32,695 bases of DNA from Rhodovibrionaceae bacterium (GTDB lineage Bacteria; Pseudomonadota; Alphaproteobacteria; Kiloniellales; Rhodovibrionaceae). The notes under the pieces were generated by a model. The model did not search any database, was not told the origin of the DNA, and saw only the letters and a program-made list of their open reading frames with translations. Below, piece by piece: positions 22,934 through 32,695 of the stretch. Within the stretch, counting starts at the first letter, position 1; each line of letters opens with the position of its first letter. The translations under genes and the position numbers were made by a program. The stretch covers positions 1-32,695 of the forward strand of contig JAWVYK010000001.1 of NCBI GenBank assembly GCA_033722755.1. The letters are read 5' to 3'.

Positions 22934-23902
22934 TCAGGCGGCGGGTGCGCCGCCGTCGCCGAGCGTCCGGCTCCGGCGTTGCCGGCTCTCGCGGCGCGAG
23001 ATGTAGAGGGTCGAGCCGACGATGACCGCCGCGCCGAGGAAGGTCCAGATTCCCGGCACCTCGCCGAAGGCGATCACGCCCAGCAGCGTCGCCAGGATGA
23101 GCTTGGAATAGTCGAAGGGCGCCACATAGGCCGCCTCGCCCGCCCGGTAGGCGCGGATAATCGCCGCCTGGCTGGCCATGCCCATCAGACCGATCAGGAC
23201 CATGATGCCCGCCTGCGCCCAGGTGGGTGTCTGCCATACGGCGATGGCCGGGCCCGCCGTCACCAGAGTGGCGACGACGCCGAAATAGAACAGCATGGTC
23301 GAGTGCCGCTCGCCAGCCGGAAGGCGCTTGACCAGGATCACGGCCATGGCAATGCCGAAGGCGGAGGCCAACGCCAGCAGCGACTCCGGCTGGAAGGCCG
23401 CGGCGCCCGGCCGCACCATGATCAGAACACCCAGGAAACCCACCGCCGTCGCCGTCCAGCGGCGCCAGCGCACCCGCTCGCTCAGCAGCAGCACCGCGAG
23501 CACCAGCGTGAACAGCGGCTGCGTGAAGGTGAGCGCGGTGACCTCGGCCAGCGGCAGCAGCGAGATCGCCAGATAGCCGGCCAGCATGGCGCCGGCTCCG
23601 AACAGACCGCGCAGGATATGCACGCCGGCGTGACGGGTTCTAAGCGCGGCCGTCCCATCGGGCCAGATAAAGGGAAGCACGATCAGAAGGCCGATCAGCG
23701 AGCGGGCGAAGACGATCTGAAACGGCGGCACCTGCATGGCCGTCAGCCACTTGATGAGCGCCGCGTTGCAGGCAAACGCGCTGGCCGCCGCCACCATCCA
23801 GAGCGCCCCGCGGGTATTCCCCGGCAGGCGCAGCCACAGCGCGCTGAGCCGCTGGCGGCCGGCGCGCCGCGCGGGTCGGGGCAGCCGGTCGAAGAGGCTC
23901 AC
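22934..23902 (-). CDS. DMT superfamily (EamA-like) transporter
   Basis: Ten-TM EamA layout. The GTG start overlaps the TGA of the upstream DMT gene (GTGA). Confidence 0.85.
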   Translation of the reverse strand: MSLFDRLPRPARRAGRQRLSALWLRLPGNTRGALWMVAAASAFACNAALIKWLTAMQVPPFQIVFARSLIGLLIVLPFIWPDGTAALRTRHAGVHILRGLFGAGAMLAGYLAISLLPLAEVTALTFTQPLFTLVLAVLLLSERVRWRRWTATAVGFLGVLIMVRPGAAAFQPESLLALASAFGIAMAVILVKRLPAGERHSTMLFYFGVVATLVTAGPAIAVWQTPTWAQAGIMVLIGLMGMASQAAIIRAYRAGEAAYVAPFDYSKLILATLLGVIAFGEVPGIWTFLGAAVIVGSTLYISRRESRQRRSRTLGDGGAPAA

Positions 23903-24912
23903 GATTGGCCCTCCGGCGCGCGCGCGGCAAGGCCCGAAGGCGGGCGGACATCCGCGCGTTCGCGCGCCAGCCTGGCCTCGCGCCGGGCGATGTAGATGGC
24001 TGCGCCGGCGATGATGGCCGCGCCCACCCAGGTCCAGATGTCCGGCACCTCGCCGAACAGGATGAAAGCGATAAGCGCCACGAAGGGCAGGCGGGCGTAG
24101 TCAAACGGCACCACCGCCGAGGCATCGGCGATCTGGTAGGCGCGGGTGAGCGCGATGTGGGCCAGCGCCGCAACGCCGCCCACCAGCGCCAGCAGCGCGA
24201 ATTGCGTCAGGTTCGGCCAGTGCCAGTCGAAAAGCGCCGGGATCAGCGAAAGCGGGGTCAGCAGCAGGTTCATATAGAAGACGATGGCGGCCGGTCGCTC
24301 GGTGCGCGCCAGGGTCTTCACGACAAGAATGGATGCCGCCATCAAGAGCGCGGCGAGCACGGGCAGCAGGGTTACCGCGCTGACTTCCGCGAAGCCGGGA
24401 CGCAGGATCACCAGGACGCCGACGAAGCCGATAGCGGTCGCCGTCCAGCGCCGGCGGCGCACGGTTTCCCTGAGGATCAGGGCCGCCCCGATGGTCGCGA
24501 AGAGCGGCACGGTGAAATTCAGCGCCACGGCCTCGGCCAGTGGCAGCAGCGCGACCGAGTAAAACCAGGTCAGCATGGCCGCCAGCCCGAGGAGGGCACG
24601 GCCGAGATGCAGCGGCAGGCGCTGCGTCACGAGCGCCGCGCGCCCGCGGCGTATCAGCCAGGGCAGCATGAAGACGAGCGCGAAGAGGTTGCGGAAGAAC
24701 GCAATCTCGACCGGCGGAATGCCGCCGTCGGCCACCGCGCGAATAGCGACGTTCATGACCGAGAAGCCGAAAGCGGCGCCGGTCATAAGCAGCGCCCCGG
24801 CGACGGGGGCGGGAATTGCGGCCAGGCGGGTCCTTGCACTCTTGGCTATGGTGTCTCTCGGGCTCATGAGCGCGGGCGAGATTATGCCCTGCGGCGCCAT
24901 GCCGCCAGCCAT
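23899..24912 (-). CDS. DMT superfamily (EamA-like) transporter
   Basis: Ten-TM EamA layout. ATG 24912 has GGGAGAG 10 nt upstream. Alternative starts are at 24900 and 24867. Confidence 0.85.
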   Translation of the reverse strand: MAGGMAPQGIISPALMSPRDTIAKSARTRLAAIPAPVAGALLMTGAAFGFSVMNVAIRAVADGGIPPVEIAFFRNLFALVFMLPWLIRRGRAALVTQRLPLHLGRALLGLAAMLTWFYSVALLPLAEAVALNFTVPLFATIGAALILRETVRRRRWTATAIGFVGVLVILRPGFAEVSAVTLLPVLAALLMAASILVVKTLARTERPAAIVFYMNLLLTPLSLIPALFDWHWPNLTQFALLALVGGVAALAHIALTRAYQIADASAVVPFDYARLPFVALIAFILFGEVPDIWTWVGAAIIAGAAIYIARREARLARERADVRPPSGLAARAPEGQS

Positions 24913-25032
24913 GCTTGTGCAACTCTCCCTTGCGCGTCAGGGTTGGCTGGACGCTCGATCTCGGCTCGACGGCGGCACGGCCGTGCCGGCATCCGGCAGG
25001 CCGGTGTCGGGTCTGGAACGCCGTTGGGGCTA

Positions 25033-25062
25033 TTGACATACTGTGGCGTGCGCCCGCATACG
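25033..25062 (+). promoter_or_regulatory. Candidate promoter for the acetoacetyl-CoA synthetase gene
   Basis: Perfect -35 TTGACA at 25033-25038 and a weak -10 (CATACG) after an 18-nt spacer, about 75 nt upstream of the ATG. Confidence 0.3.
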
Positions 25063-25135
25063 CCGGGGACAGGCACGCCCGCGCGCACGCCCGCGCGCAC
25101 GACCGCAAGCAAGAAGAAAAAGGGAGAGCACCGCC

Positions 25136-27088
<1,953 letters not shown>

Positions 27089-27180
27089 TGCACAAGGCCT
27101 ATTGACGTAGGCGCTGCGGCGGCGCGAAAACGCCTTATCACGAGTCGGGCACAGGCCCGGCGAATTCGAAAGGTTGGCCA

Positions 27181-28365
27181 ATGGTAGCCGAGATGCAGCC
27201 GTTTCCCCGCGACGAGTACGTGTATCGCATCGCGGACGCCAAACAGCGCATGGAGGCAGCGGGATTCGATGTCCTGCTGATCACCGATCCGGCCAACATG
27301 AACTATCTGACCGGCTACGACGGCTGGTCGTTCTACACCCCGCAGGTGGTCGTTCTGGCGCTGAAGGAAGAGCTGCCGATCTGGATCGGCCGCGGCATGG
27401 ACGCCAACGGCGCGCGGGCGACGACCTTCCTGCCGGACAGCCACATCGTGCCCTATCCCGACCATTACGTGCAGGCGGCGGATAAGCACCCCATGAACTA
27501 CGTCGCCGGCGAGATGCGCCGCATGGGGCTCGCCAAGGGCACGGTCGCGCTGGAGATGGACAGCTACTACTTCTCGCCGATGGCCTACGAGACCCTGCGC
27601 CACGACCTGCCCGATGTGACATGGAAGGATTCCGGACTGCTGGTGAACTGGGTGCGCTCGGTAAAGTCCCCGCGCGAGCTTGCCTACATGAATCAGGCGG
27701 CGCGCATCGTCGAGAAGGTCATGGAGACCGGCATCGAAGCGATCCGTCCGGGCGTGCGGCAATGTGATGCCGTCGCGCAGATCTACCATGCGCAAATCTC
27801 CGGCACCGAGGATTTCGGCGGCGACTACCCGTCGATCGTGCCCATGCTGCCGACCGGCGTGGAGACATCGACGCCGCATATCACCTGGCGCGACGCGCCG
27901 TACAAGGAAGGCGAGGCGACGATCCTCGAGCTCGCCGGATGCCGTCTACGCTACCACTGCCCAATGGCGCGCACGCTGTTTCTCGGAAAGCCGACGCAGA
28001 AAATCAAGGACACCGCGGAGATCGTCGTCGAGGGGCTGAACAGCGCGCTCGACACCGCGCGTCCGGGACTCACCTGCGAGGACGTGGAAGCCACATGGCG
28101 CGAGGCGATTTCGCGCCACGGCATCATCAAGGAGTCGCGCATCGGCTATTCCACCGGCCTCAACTACCCGCCGGACTGGGGCGAGCACACCATGAGCCTG
28201 CGCCCCGGCGACCGCACCGAGCTGCAGACCAATATGACCTTTCACATGATCTGCGGTATCTGGGAGGCGGACTGGGGGATCGAGATTTCGGAGTGCTTTC
28301 GCATCACGGAAACCGGTGCGCAGCCTTTCTGCAACTTTCCGCGTCAGCTTTTCGTCAAGCCGTAA
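27181..28365 (+). CDS. M24 (creatinase/prolidase fold) family protein of the ectoine-hydrolase (DoeA/EutD)-like branch
   Basis: Shares blocks I associate with DoeA-type proteins: NYLTGYDGWSFY, GRGMDANGA, YPDHYVQ, LVNWVRSVKSPRE, GGDYPSIVPMLPTG, RYHCPMARTLFLG, YPPDWGEHTMSLRP and the C-terminal FPRQLFVKP. Canonical M24 metal ligands look substituted (see findings). Confidence 0.75.
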   Translation: MVAEMQPFPRDEYVYRIADAKQRMEAAGFDVLLITDPANMNYLTGYDGWSFYTPQVVVLALKEELPIWIGRGMDANGARATTFLPDSHIVPYPDHYVQAADKHPMNYVAGEMRRMGLAKGTVALEMDSYYFSPMAYETLRHDLPDVTWKDSGLLVNWVRSVKSPRELAYMNQAARIVEKVMETGIEAIRPGVRQCDAVAQIYHAQISGTEDFGGDYPSIVPMLPTGVETSTPHITWRDAPYKEGEATILELAGCRLRYHCPMARTLFLGKPTQKIKDTAEIVVEGLNSALDTARPGLTCEDVEATWREAISRHGIIKESRIGYSTGLNYPPDWGEHTMSLRPGDRTELQTNMTFHMICGIWEADWGIEISECFRITETGAQPFCNFPRQLFVKP

Positions 28366-28383
28366 CCGGATCGGACGGCGTTC

Positions 28384-29571
28384 ATGCCTGACACCGCCCA
28401 TCGTGCGAACGCCTATCCCCTGCCGATTCGCGAGGAGGTCCACGAGCTGGAAGCCTCGCGCATCGTCGAGGTCTGGGAGATGGGCTTCGCGATGGACGAC
28501 GTCATCGGCCTGTGGGTGGGCGAAGGCGACCTGCCGACGCCGGACTTCATCTCCGGCGCGGCGGTTCGCGCGCTCCAGGAGGGACACACCTTCTACAGCC
28601 ACAAGCGCGGCATCCCGAAGCTGCGCGAAGCCCTGAAGGCTTACACCGACGGCCTTTACGGGCTCGACCTGGATTATCAGCGCTTCTCCGTCACGGCCTC
28701 GGGCATGAACGGCCTGCTGGTCATCCTGCAGGCGGTGCTTTCGCGTGGCGACGAGGTGATCTGCGTCACGCCGGTCTGGCCCAACATCATGAAGGCCGCC
28801 CAGATTGCCGGCGGCCGCGTCGTGGAGGTTGGCCTGGACCCCCGGGAAGACGGCTCCTACCGGCTCGATCTGGACAAGCTCAGAGCGGCTGTTACCGACA
28901 AGACGCGGCTCATCTTCATCGCCTCGCCGTCGAACCCGACAGGCTGGATGATGGAGCGTGAGGAGCAGCAGGCGGTCCTCGAGCTTTGCCGCGAAAAAGG
29001 GGTCTGGCTGATTTCCGACGAAGTCTACAACCGCTTCGTCTACGACCGGCCGGTGGCGCCCTCTCTGCTGGAACTGGCGGACCCGGACGATCCGGTCTTC
29101 GTGCTGAATTCCTTCTCCAAGTCCTGGGCCATGACCGGATGGCGACTTGGCTGGGTGACGCATCCGCTGGCCTTCGCCGAGGTCTTCGACAAGCTGATCG
29201 AATTCAACACCAGCGGCACGCAGGCGTTCCTGCACCATGGCTGCATCGCCGCGCTCGAAGAGGGCGAGCCTTTCGTGCGCGAAATGGTCGAGCGGTGCCG
29301 GCGCGGGGGCGAGCTCGTCTATCAGCGCCTCGCCGGCCTGCCGCGGGTGACCGTCGCGCGGCCGCGCGCGTCGTTCTACTGCTTCTTCCGCGTCGAGGGG
29401 ATGGACGACAGCCTGGCCTTCGCCAAGCGGGTGCTGCGCGAGACCGGTGTCGGACTGGCGCCGGGCTCGGCTTTCGGCGATGCCGGGGAAGGGCGGCTCA
29501 GGCTGTGCTTCGCCGCCTCTCAAGAGCGCCTGTCGCAGGCGATGGACCGCTTGGAGCCGGCCTTGAGTTGA
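28384..29571 (+). CDS. Pyridoxal-phosphate-dependent aminotransferase, class I/II (aspartate aminotransferase-like)
   Basis: The PLP-lysine motif is SFSKSWAMTGWRLGW, with PSNPTG and SDEVY blocks. It starts 18 nt after the M24 gene. Confidence 0.9.
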   Translation: MPDTAHRANAYPLPIREEVHELEASRIVEVWEMGFAMDDVIGLWVGEGDLPTPDFISGAAVRALQEGHTFYSHKRGIPKLREALKAYTDGLYGLDLDYQRFSVTASGMNGLLVILQAVLSRGDEVICVTPVWPNIMKAAQIAGGRVVEVGLDPREDGSYRLDLDKLRAAVTDKTRLIFIASPSNPTGWMMEREEQQAVLELCREKGVWLISDEVYNRFVYDRPVAPSLLELADPDDPVFVLNSFSKSWAMTGWRLGWVTHPLAFAEVFDKLIEFNTSGTQAFLHHGCIAALEEGEPFVREMVERCRRGGELVYQRLAGLPRVTVARPRASFYCFFRVEGMDDSLAFAKRVLRETGVGLAPGSAFGDAGEGRLRLCFAASQERLSQAMDRLEPALS

Positions 29572-29633
29572 ACGCTTGCGCAGGCTCGCGCAGGCGGCTG
29601 CCCGTGCCGCCGTTGCCGCGGCCAATGTCGTGG

Positions 29634-29652
29634 TTGCGCCTCCTCCTCGCAA
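29634..29652 (+). promoter_or_regulatory. Hairpin presenting a CCUCCUCCU loop (anti-Shine-Dalgarno-like), in the DUF1127 leader
   Basis: TTGCG (29634-29638), loop CCTCCTCCT (29639-29647), CGCAA (29648-29652). A competing hairpin TCGCA-AGAA-TGCGA (29647-29660) shares the 3' arm. Confidence 0.35.
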
Positions 29653-29842
29653 GAATGCGACAACCCCCTGAAATAGCTTCGTGAATCCATGCTTTCAGCG
29701 CATGGCACCCGCGTAAAAGCGGCATTGGCCAGCACGTGCAGAGGGCTCTATGTGCTGGCGTAGAAACTGGAGGAACTCTGTTCGGGGCCTCCGTCAGCAC
29801 CCGCCTCCTATGTCTGCGCCAGTCCGTGCAAGGAGAAGAGCC

Positions 29843-30058
29843 ATGGTCCGCACCGCCGTTCATTTTGTCGACGTCTCTATTCCTGGCCTCAGCGCCAGCG
29901 ATTTGGCTGCCCGCGCAGCCGACGCAGTTCAGTCCGGCGTCCAGTCTTTCGCCGGCGGTCTTGCCGCCGCCCGGCGGGAGCACGACCTGCGCCGCGGCCT
30001 GCGCGGCCTGGACACCAACCAGCTTCGCGATCTGGGCCTGGACCGCCGGGCCTGCTGA
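29843..30058 (+). CDS. DUF1127 domain small protein (71 aa)
   Basis: The C-terminus RREHDLRRGLRGLDTNQLRDLGLDRRAC fits the Arg-rich L..LDD..L.D.GL.R DUF1127 motif. AGGAGA SD lies 7 nt before ATG 29843. The track ORF start at 29750 has no SD. Confidence 0.65.
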   Translation: MVRTAVHFVDVSIPGLSASDLAARAADAVQSGVQSFAGGLAAARREHDLRRGLRGLDTNQLRDLGLDRRAC

Positions 30059-30125
30059 GCGGCCCAACGACCGGCCGGTGCCGGCAGAGGCCGGAGCGAT
30101 GAGCGCCTGAGGGACTGGAATCGAA

Positions 30126-30156
30126 GGGGCGGGGGCCTGCGGCGCCCGCCCCTTTT
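30126..30156 (+). terminator. Intrinsic terminator downstream of the DUF1127 gene
   Basis: GGGGCGGGGGCC / GGCGCCCGCCCC forms a 12-bp GC stem with one mismatch and a 3-nt loop, followed by TTTT (30153-30156). Confidence 0.65.
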
Positions 30157-30223
30157 CCTTGCGCGGACGCTGGTGCAAGCTCGAGGGGCCGACGCCCGAG
30201 CCGCAATGCGAGGCAGGACCGAC

Positions 30224-30721
30224 ATGCAGGCCGAACAGCTACGCTCCTTCTCCGACTACAACGCATGGGCGACCGCCCGCGTCTACGACGCCGTGGCCGC
30301 CCTGCCGCCGGAGGAGAGGGCCAAGAAGCGCCAGGCGGCCTTCTTCGGCTCCATCGTCGGCACGCTCAATCATTTGCTGGTCGTCGACCGCATCTGGATG
30401 GGCCGCATCGAGGGCAAGCCGCCGGCGCGCATCGTGCTGGACGAAATCGTCAGCGAGCATCTGGGAGACCTGCGCGCGCTGCAGGAAGCGGAGGTCCGGC
30501 GCATCGCAGAGTTCTGCCAATCCCTGGAGGAGGCCGATCTCGGGCGGGTGGTGCACTACACCGGCGGCGGGCGCGATTTCGCCGATCCGTTGGGGCGGCT
30601 GCTGGCGCACCTCTTCAATCACCAGACTCATCACCGCGGCCAGATCCACGCGCTCATTCTCGAGGCCGGGGCCAAGCCGCCGCCGCTCGACTACCTGTAC
30701 TACCTGCGCGCGGCCGGTTAG
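30224..30721 (+). CDS. DinB family (DinB/YfiT-like four-helix-bundle) protein
   Basis: YNAWATARVY, GTLNHLLVVDRIW and LFNHQTHHRGQIHALI (DinB His triad pattern). I trimmed to ATG 30224. Confidence 0.85.
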   Translation: MQAEQLRSFSDYNAWATARVYDAVAALPPEERAKKRQAAFFGSIVGTLNHLLVVDRIWMGRIEGKPPARIVLDEIVSEHLGDLRALQEAEVRRIAEFCQSLEEADLGRVVHYTGGGRDFADPLGRLLAHLFNHQTHHRGQIHALILEAGAKPPPLDYLYYLRAAG

Positions 30722-31953
30722 TCCGAGGGTTTGCGAAGCGCCACGAGATTGACGCTGATCAGCGCGTCCAGCGTCTCGCGCGCCTGTTCCAGCGTCTTCT
30801 GCGGGTCGTGGCCGCCGGCCGTGGCGAGATCGTCGGCGATGGCGCCGATGGAGCGCAGCCCGTCGATCCGCCCAATGATCGCCGGCGCCAGGCGCGGCAG
30901 CGGAAAACGGACGGGAAGGGCGCCGAAATCGGTTTGGATCGCACGGTCGCGGGCGATGGCCTGGGCCAGCTTCTCCGCCTCTGCCCCGCGGGTGACCGGT
31001 ACGCTCCCGGCGTCATCGGTGGAAGCCACGGCCTGCGAGGCCCGATCCCGATGCGTGACGTAGACGATGTGTTTCTTGATGTTGCAGGCCAGGTCCTCGG
31101 CCAACTGCCAGCGTGCCGCCTGTGGCAGGGCCGCGGCGATACGCAGCAGCGCGGGATCGGAAAGGTAGGTCTCCGGCCGGTAGCGGGCGGGCTCGATGAA
31201 GCCTGTGACGGCGAAGCCCTCGCCCTCCACGACGTCGAGCAGTTCGCTGACCGTGAACGCCCGGTCCTGCGGGTGCAGGAAGAGATCGACCAGTTCCGCG
31301 TCGCTCCGCTTGTGGTCGCCCACGACCGGGTTGCGCTTCAGCCAGTTGCTCGCCGGCAGCGCGTCGAGCAGCCGGCGGGCCAGCGGTATCCGCTCGGCCA
31401 GCGGCAGGCCCTCGCCCATCAGGCGCAGCATCTCCTGCATTTGATAGACACCCGCGCGGCCGTAAGGCGCGTAGACCATGAGACCCATGCCGCCGCCGGG
31501 CGCGAGCACCTCGGTCAGTGCCCGGAAGCCAGCCGCGGGCTTGGCCAGGTGGTGCAGCACGCCGCAGCAGTCGATGTAATCGAACCGGCCGAGGTCCATT
31601 TGCGGCAGATCAAGCAGCGAGCCCGTATGAAAAGCGATGTTGGCAAGCCCGCGGGCTTGCGCCCGCGCTTCGGCGGTCTTGCGGGCGGCCTCGGAGATGT
31701 CGAGGTAGACGACCTCGCCACCGCGCCCGGCGTTGGCCAGTTGCTGCGCCAGCATGATGGTTCCGTCGCCGGTGCCGCCGCCGGCCACCAGCGCGCGAAA
31801 GGGCGCGGCGAAATCTCGTGTGCCGGCGAAGAGATAATGGTTCAACTCCGCCAGGTTGCTGGGCGATCCGGTCACCAGGCGCTTGCGCTCCTCGCGCGGA
31901 TCGCGCGCCGGATAGGGATAGGCCTCGTACTGATCGCGGACGGCGTCGCTCAT
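30718..31953 (-). CDS. Class I SAM-dependent methyltransferase with extended uncharacterised C-terminal half (411 aa)
   Basis: The N-terminus reads QYEAYPYPARDP. Motif I is ALVAGGGTGDG and motif II-like is IDCCGVLHHL. Residues ~200-411 match no motif I recognise. Its stop overlaps the DinB stop (convergent overlap at 30718..30721). Confidence 0.8.
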   Translation of the reverse strand: MSDAVRDQYEAYPYPARDPREERKRLVTGSPSNLAELNHYLFAGTRDFAAPFRALVAGGGTGDGTIMLAQQLANAGRGGEVVYLDISEAARKTAEARAQARGLANIAFHTGSLLDLPQMDLGRFDYIDCCGVLHHLAKPAAGFRALTEVLAPGGGMGLMVYAPYGRAGVYQMQEMLRLMGEGLPLAERIPLARRLLDALPASNWLKRNPVVGDHKRSDAELVDLFLHPQDRAFTVSELLDVVEGEGFAVTGFIEPARYRPETYLSDPALLRIAAALPQAARWQLAEDLACNIKKHIVYVTHRDRASQAVASTDDAGSVPVTRGAEAEKLAQAIARDRAIQTDFGALPVRFPLPRLAPAIIGRIDGLRSIGAIADDLATAGGHDPQKTLEQARETLDALISVNLVALRKPSD

Positions 31954-31978
31954 GGATGCTTTGTCTCGGATTGCGTCT

Positions 31979-32695
31979 TCAGGGCTCCAGGACGATCTTG
32001 CCGGTGCTGCGCCGCTCTTTCAGCAAGGCCATGGCGCGCGCCGCCTTTTCCAGAGACAGCCGTTCCGAGACCCGGGGCTGCAGCCGGTCGTCCTCGAACC
32101 ATTTGAACAACTCGTCGAATTCCGCGCGAAGGCGTTTGGGCGCGTGCTTGCGGTTGGAGCCCCAGTAGACGCCGATCGCAGAGATGTTCTTTACCAGAAG
32201 CAGGTTCGCGGGAATCTGCGGCACCTTGCCGGACGCGAAGCCGATGATCAGGACCCGCCCGCCCCAGGCCGTGCAGCGCAGGGAGGCTTCGAAGAGATCG
32301 CCGCCGACAGGATCGAACACGACGTCCGCGCCGCGGCCGTCGGTCAGTTCACGCACGCTGTCTTTCAGCTCCGTATGTTTCGATCGCAGCCGATGATCCG
32401 CCCCGTGTGCCCCGGCAATCTCCAGCTTCTCGTCGCTGCTCGCCGTGGCGATCACCGTGGCGCCCATGGCCTTGCCAACTTCCACCGCGGCCAAGCCCAC
32501 CCCGCCGGCCGAGCCATGCACCAGCAGCACCTCGTCCTGCTTCAAGCCGCCGTACCAGTTGAGCGCCCCGTGCGCGGTTCCGTAGGTGATGGGAAAGCCC
32601 GCGGCGATATGGAAGGCCATGCCTTTCGGCAGGCGAAAGACATCGTTTTCGCGCGCCAGCGCCAGTTCGGCGTATCCGCCCCAGTCGACGATGGC
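31979..32695 (-). CDS. NADPH:quinone oxidoreductase / zeta-crystallin-type MDR family protein; C-terminal part, N-terminus beyond the right edge
   Basis: The frame stays open upstream of the track's internal Met to 32695 (AIVDWGGYAELALARENDVFRLPKGMAF...). Cofactor motif is LVHGSAGGVGLAAVEVGK. It ends ...STGKIVLEP. Confidence 0.85.
   Translation of the reverse strand, partial: AIVDWGGYAELALARENDVFRLPKGMAFHIAAGFPITYGTAHGALNWYGGLKQDEVLLVHGSAGGVGLAAVEVGKAMGATVIATASSDEKLEIAGAHGADHRLRSKHTELKDSVRELTDGRGADVVFDPVGGDLFEASLRCTAWGGRVLIIGFASGKVPQIPANLLLVKNISAIGVYWGSNRKHAPKRLRAEFDELFKWFEDDRLQPRVSERLSLEKAARAMALLKERRSTGKIVLEP

Noticed and set aside
25073-25106. A GC-rich 12-bp tandem repeat (GCACGCCCGCGC x2 plus a partial copy) upstream of the acetoacetyl-CoA synthetase gene. 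I considered it as a mini-array or regulatory repeat.
   Set aside because: It has fewer than three copies, no spacers, and sits in a probable 5' UTR. This fits slippage-type low-complexity sequence in GC-rich DNA and is not CRISPR-like.
27181-29571. An ectoine catabolic island (doe/eut cluster).
   Set aside because: Only a DoeA-like hydrolase is present. There is no DoeB-type deacetylase, class III DABA transaminase, semialdehyde dehydrogenase, regulator or ectoine transporter in the window. The adjacent aminotransferase is class I.

Overview
This is a gene-dense, visibly high-GC chromosomal segment (about two-thirds G+C by eye, not computed). The gene content (DUF1127, DUF1330, many EamA/DMT transporters, a ybbAP-tesA divergon) suggests an alphaproteobacterium. 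I support about 40 protein-coding genes. Nearly all are housekeeping or accessory metabolism and stress functions: oxygenases, SDRs, aldo-keto reductase Tas, ThpR, CobB sirtuin, glutamate dehydrogenase, acetoacetyl-CoA synthetase, an aminotransferase, a YbbA/YbbP ABC pump with TesA, and four DMT transporters. I found no rRNA, tRNA, CRISPR array, transposase, integrase or phage gene, and no recognisable defence system. Many long ORFs in the six-frame track are Arg/Ala/Gly/Pro-rich antisense shadows of real genes and were discarded. One real gene, a PhyH-family oxygenase at 1..779 (-), is missing from the track because it runs off the left edge. Several track ORFs carry spurious N-terminal extensions, which I trimmed. 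The window looks mostly ordinary. The best candidates for something undescribed are two. The first is an Fe-S-themed divergon at 15935..18849: a SufR-like Cys-rich regulator faces a Rieske domain fused to an unassignable ~420-aa domain, which is translationally coupled to a 4-Cys UDG-family glycosylase. The second is a structured ~270-nt leader with a CCUCCUCCU-loop hairpin ahead of a DUF1127 small-protein gene. Smaller observations include phased 20-bp repeats at a tautomerase promoter, a protein-damage-reversal gene cluster, and a creatinase/ectoine-hydrolase-like M24 protein with a degenerate metal site. All family assignments come from reading motifs by eye. No searches were run.
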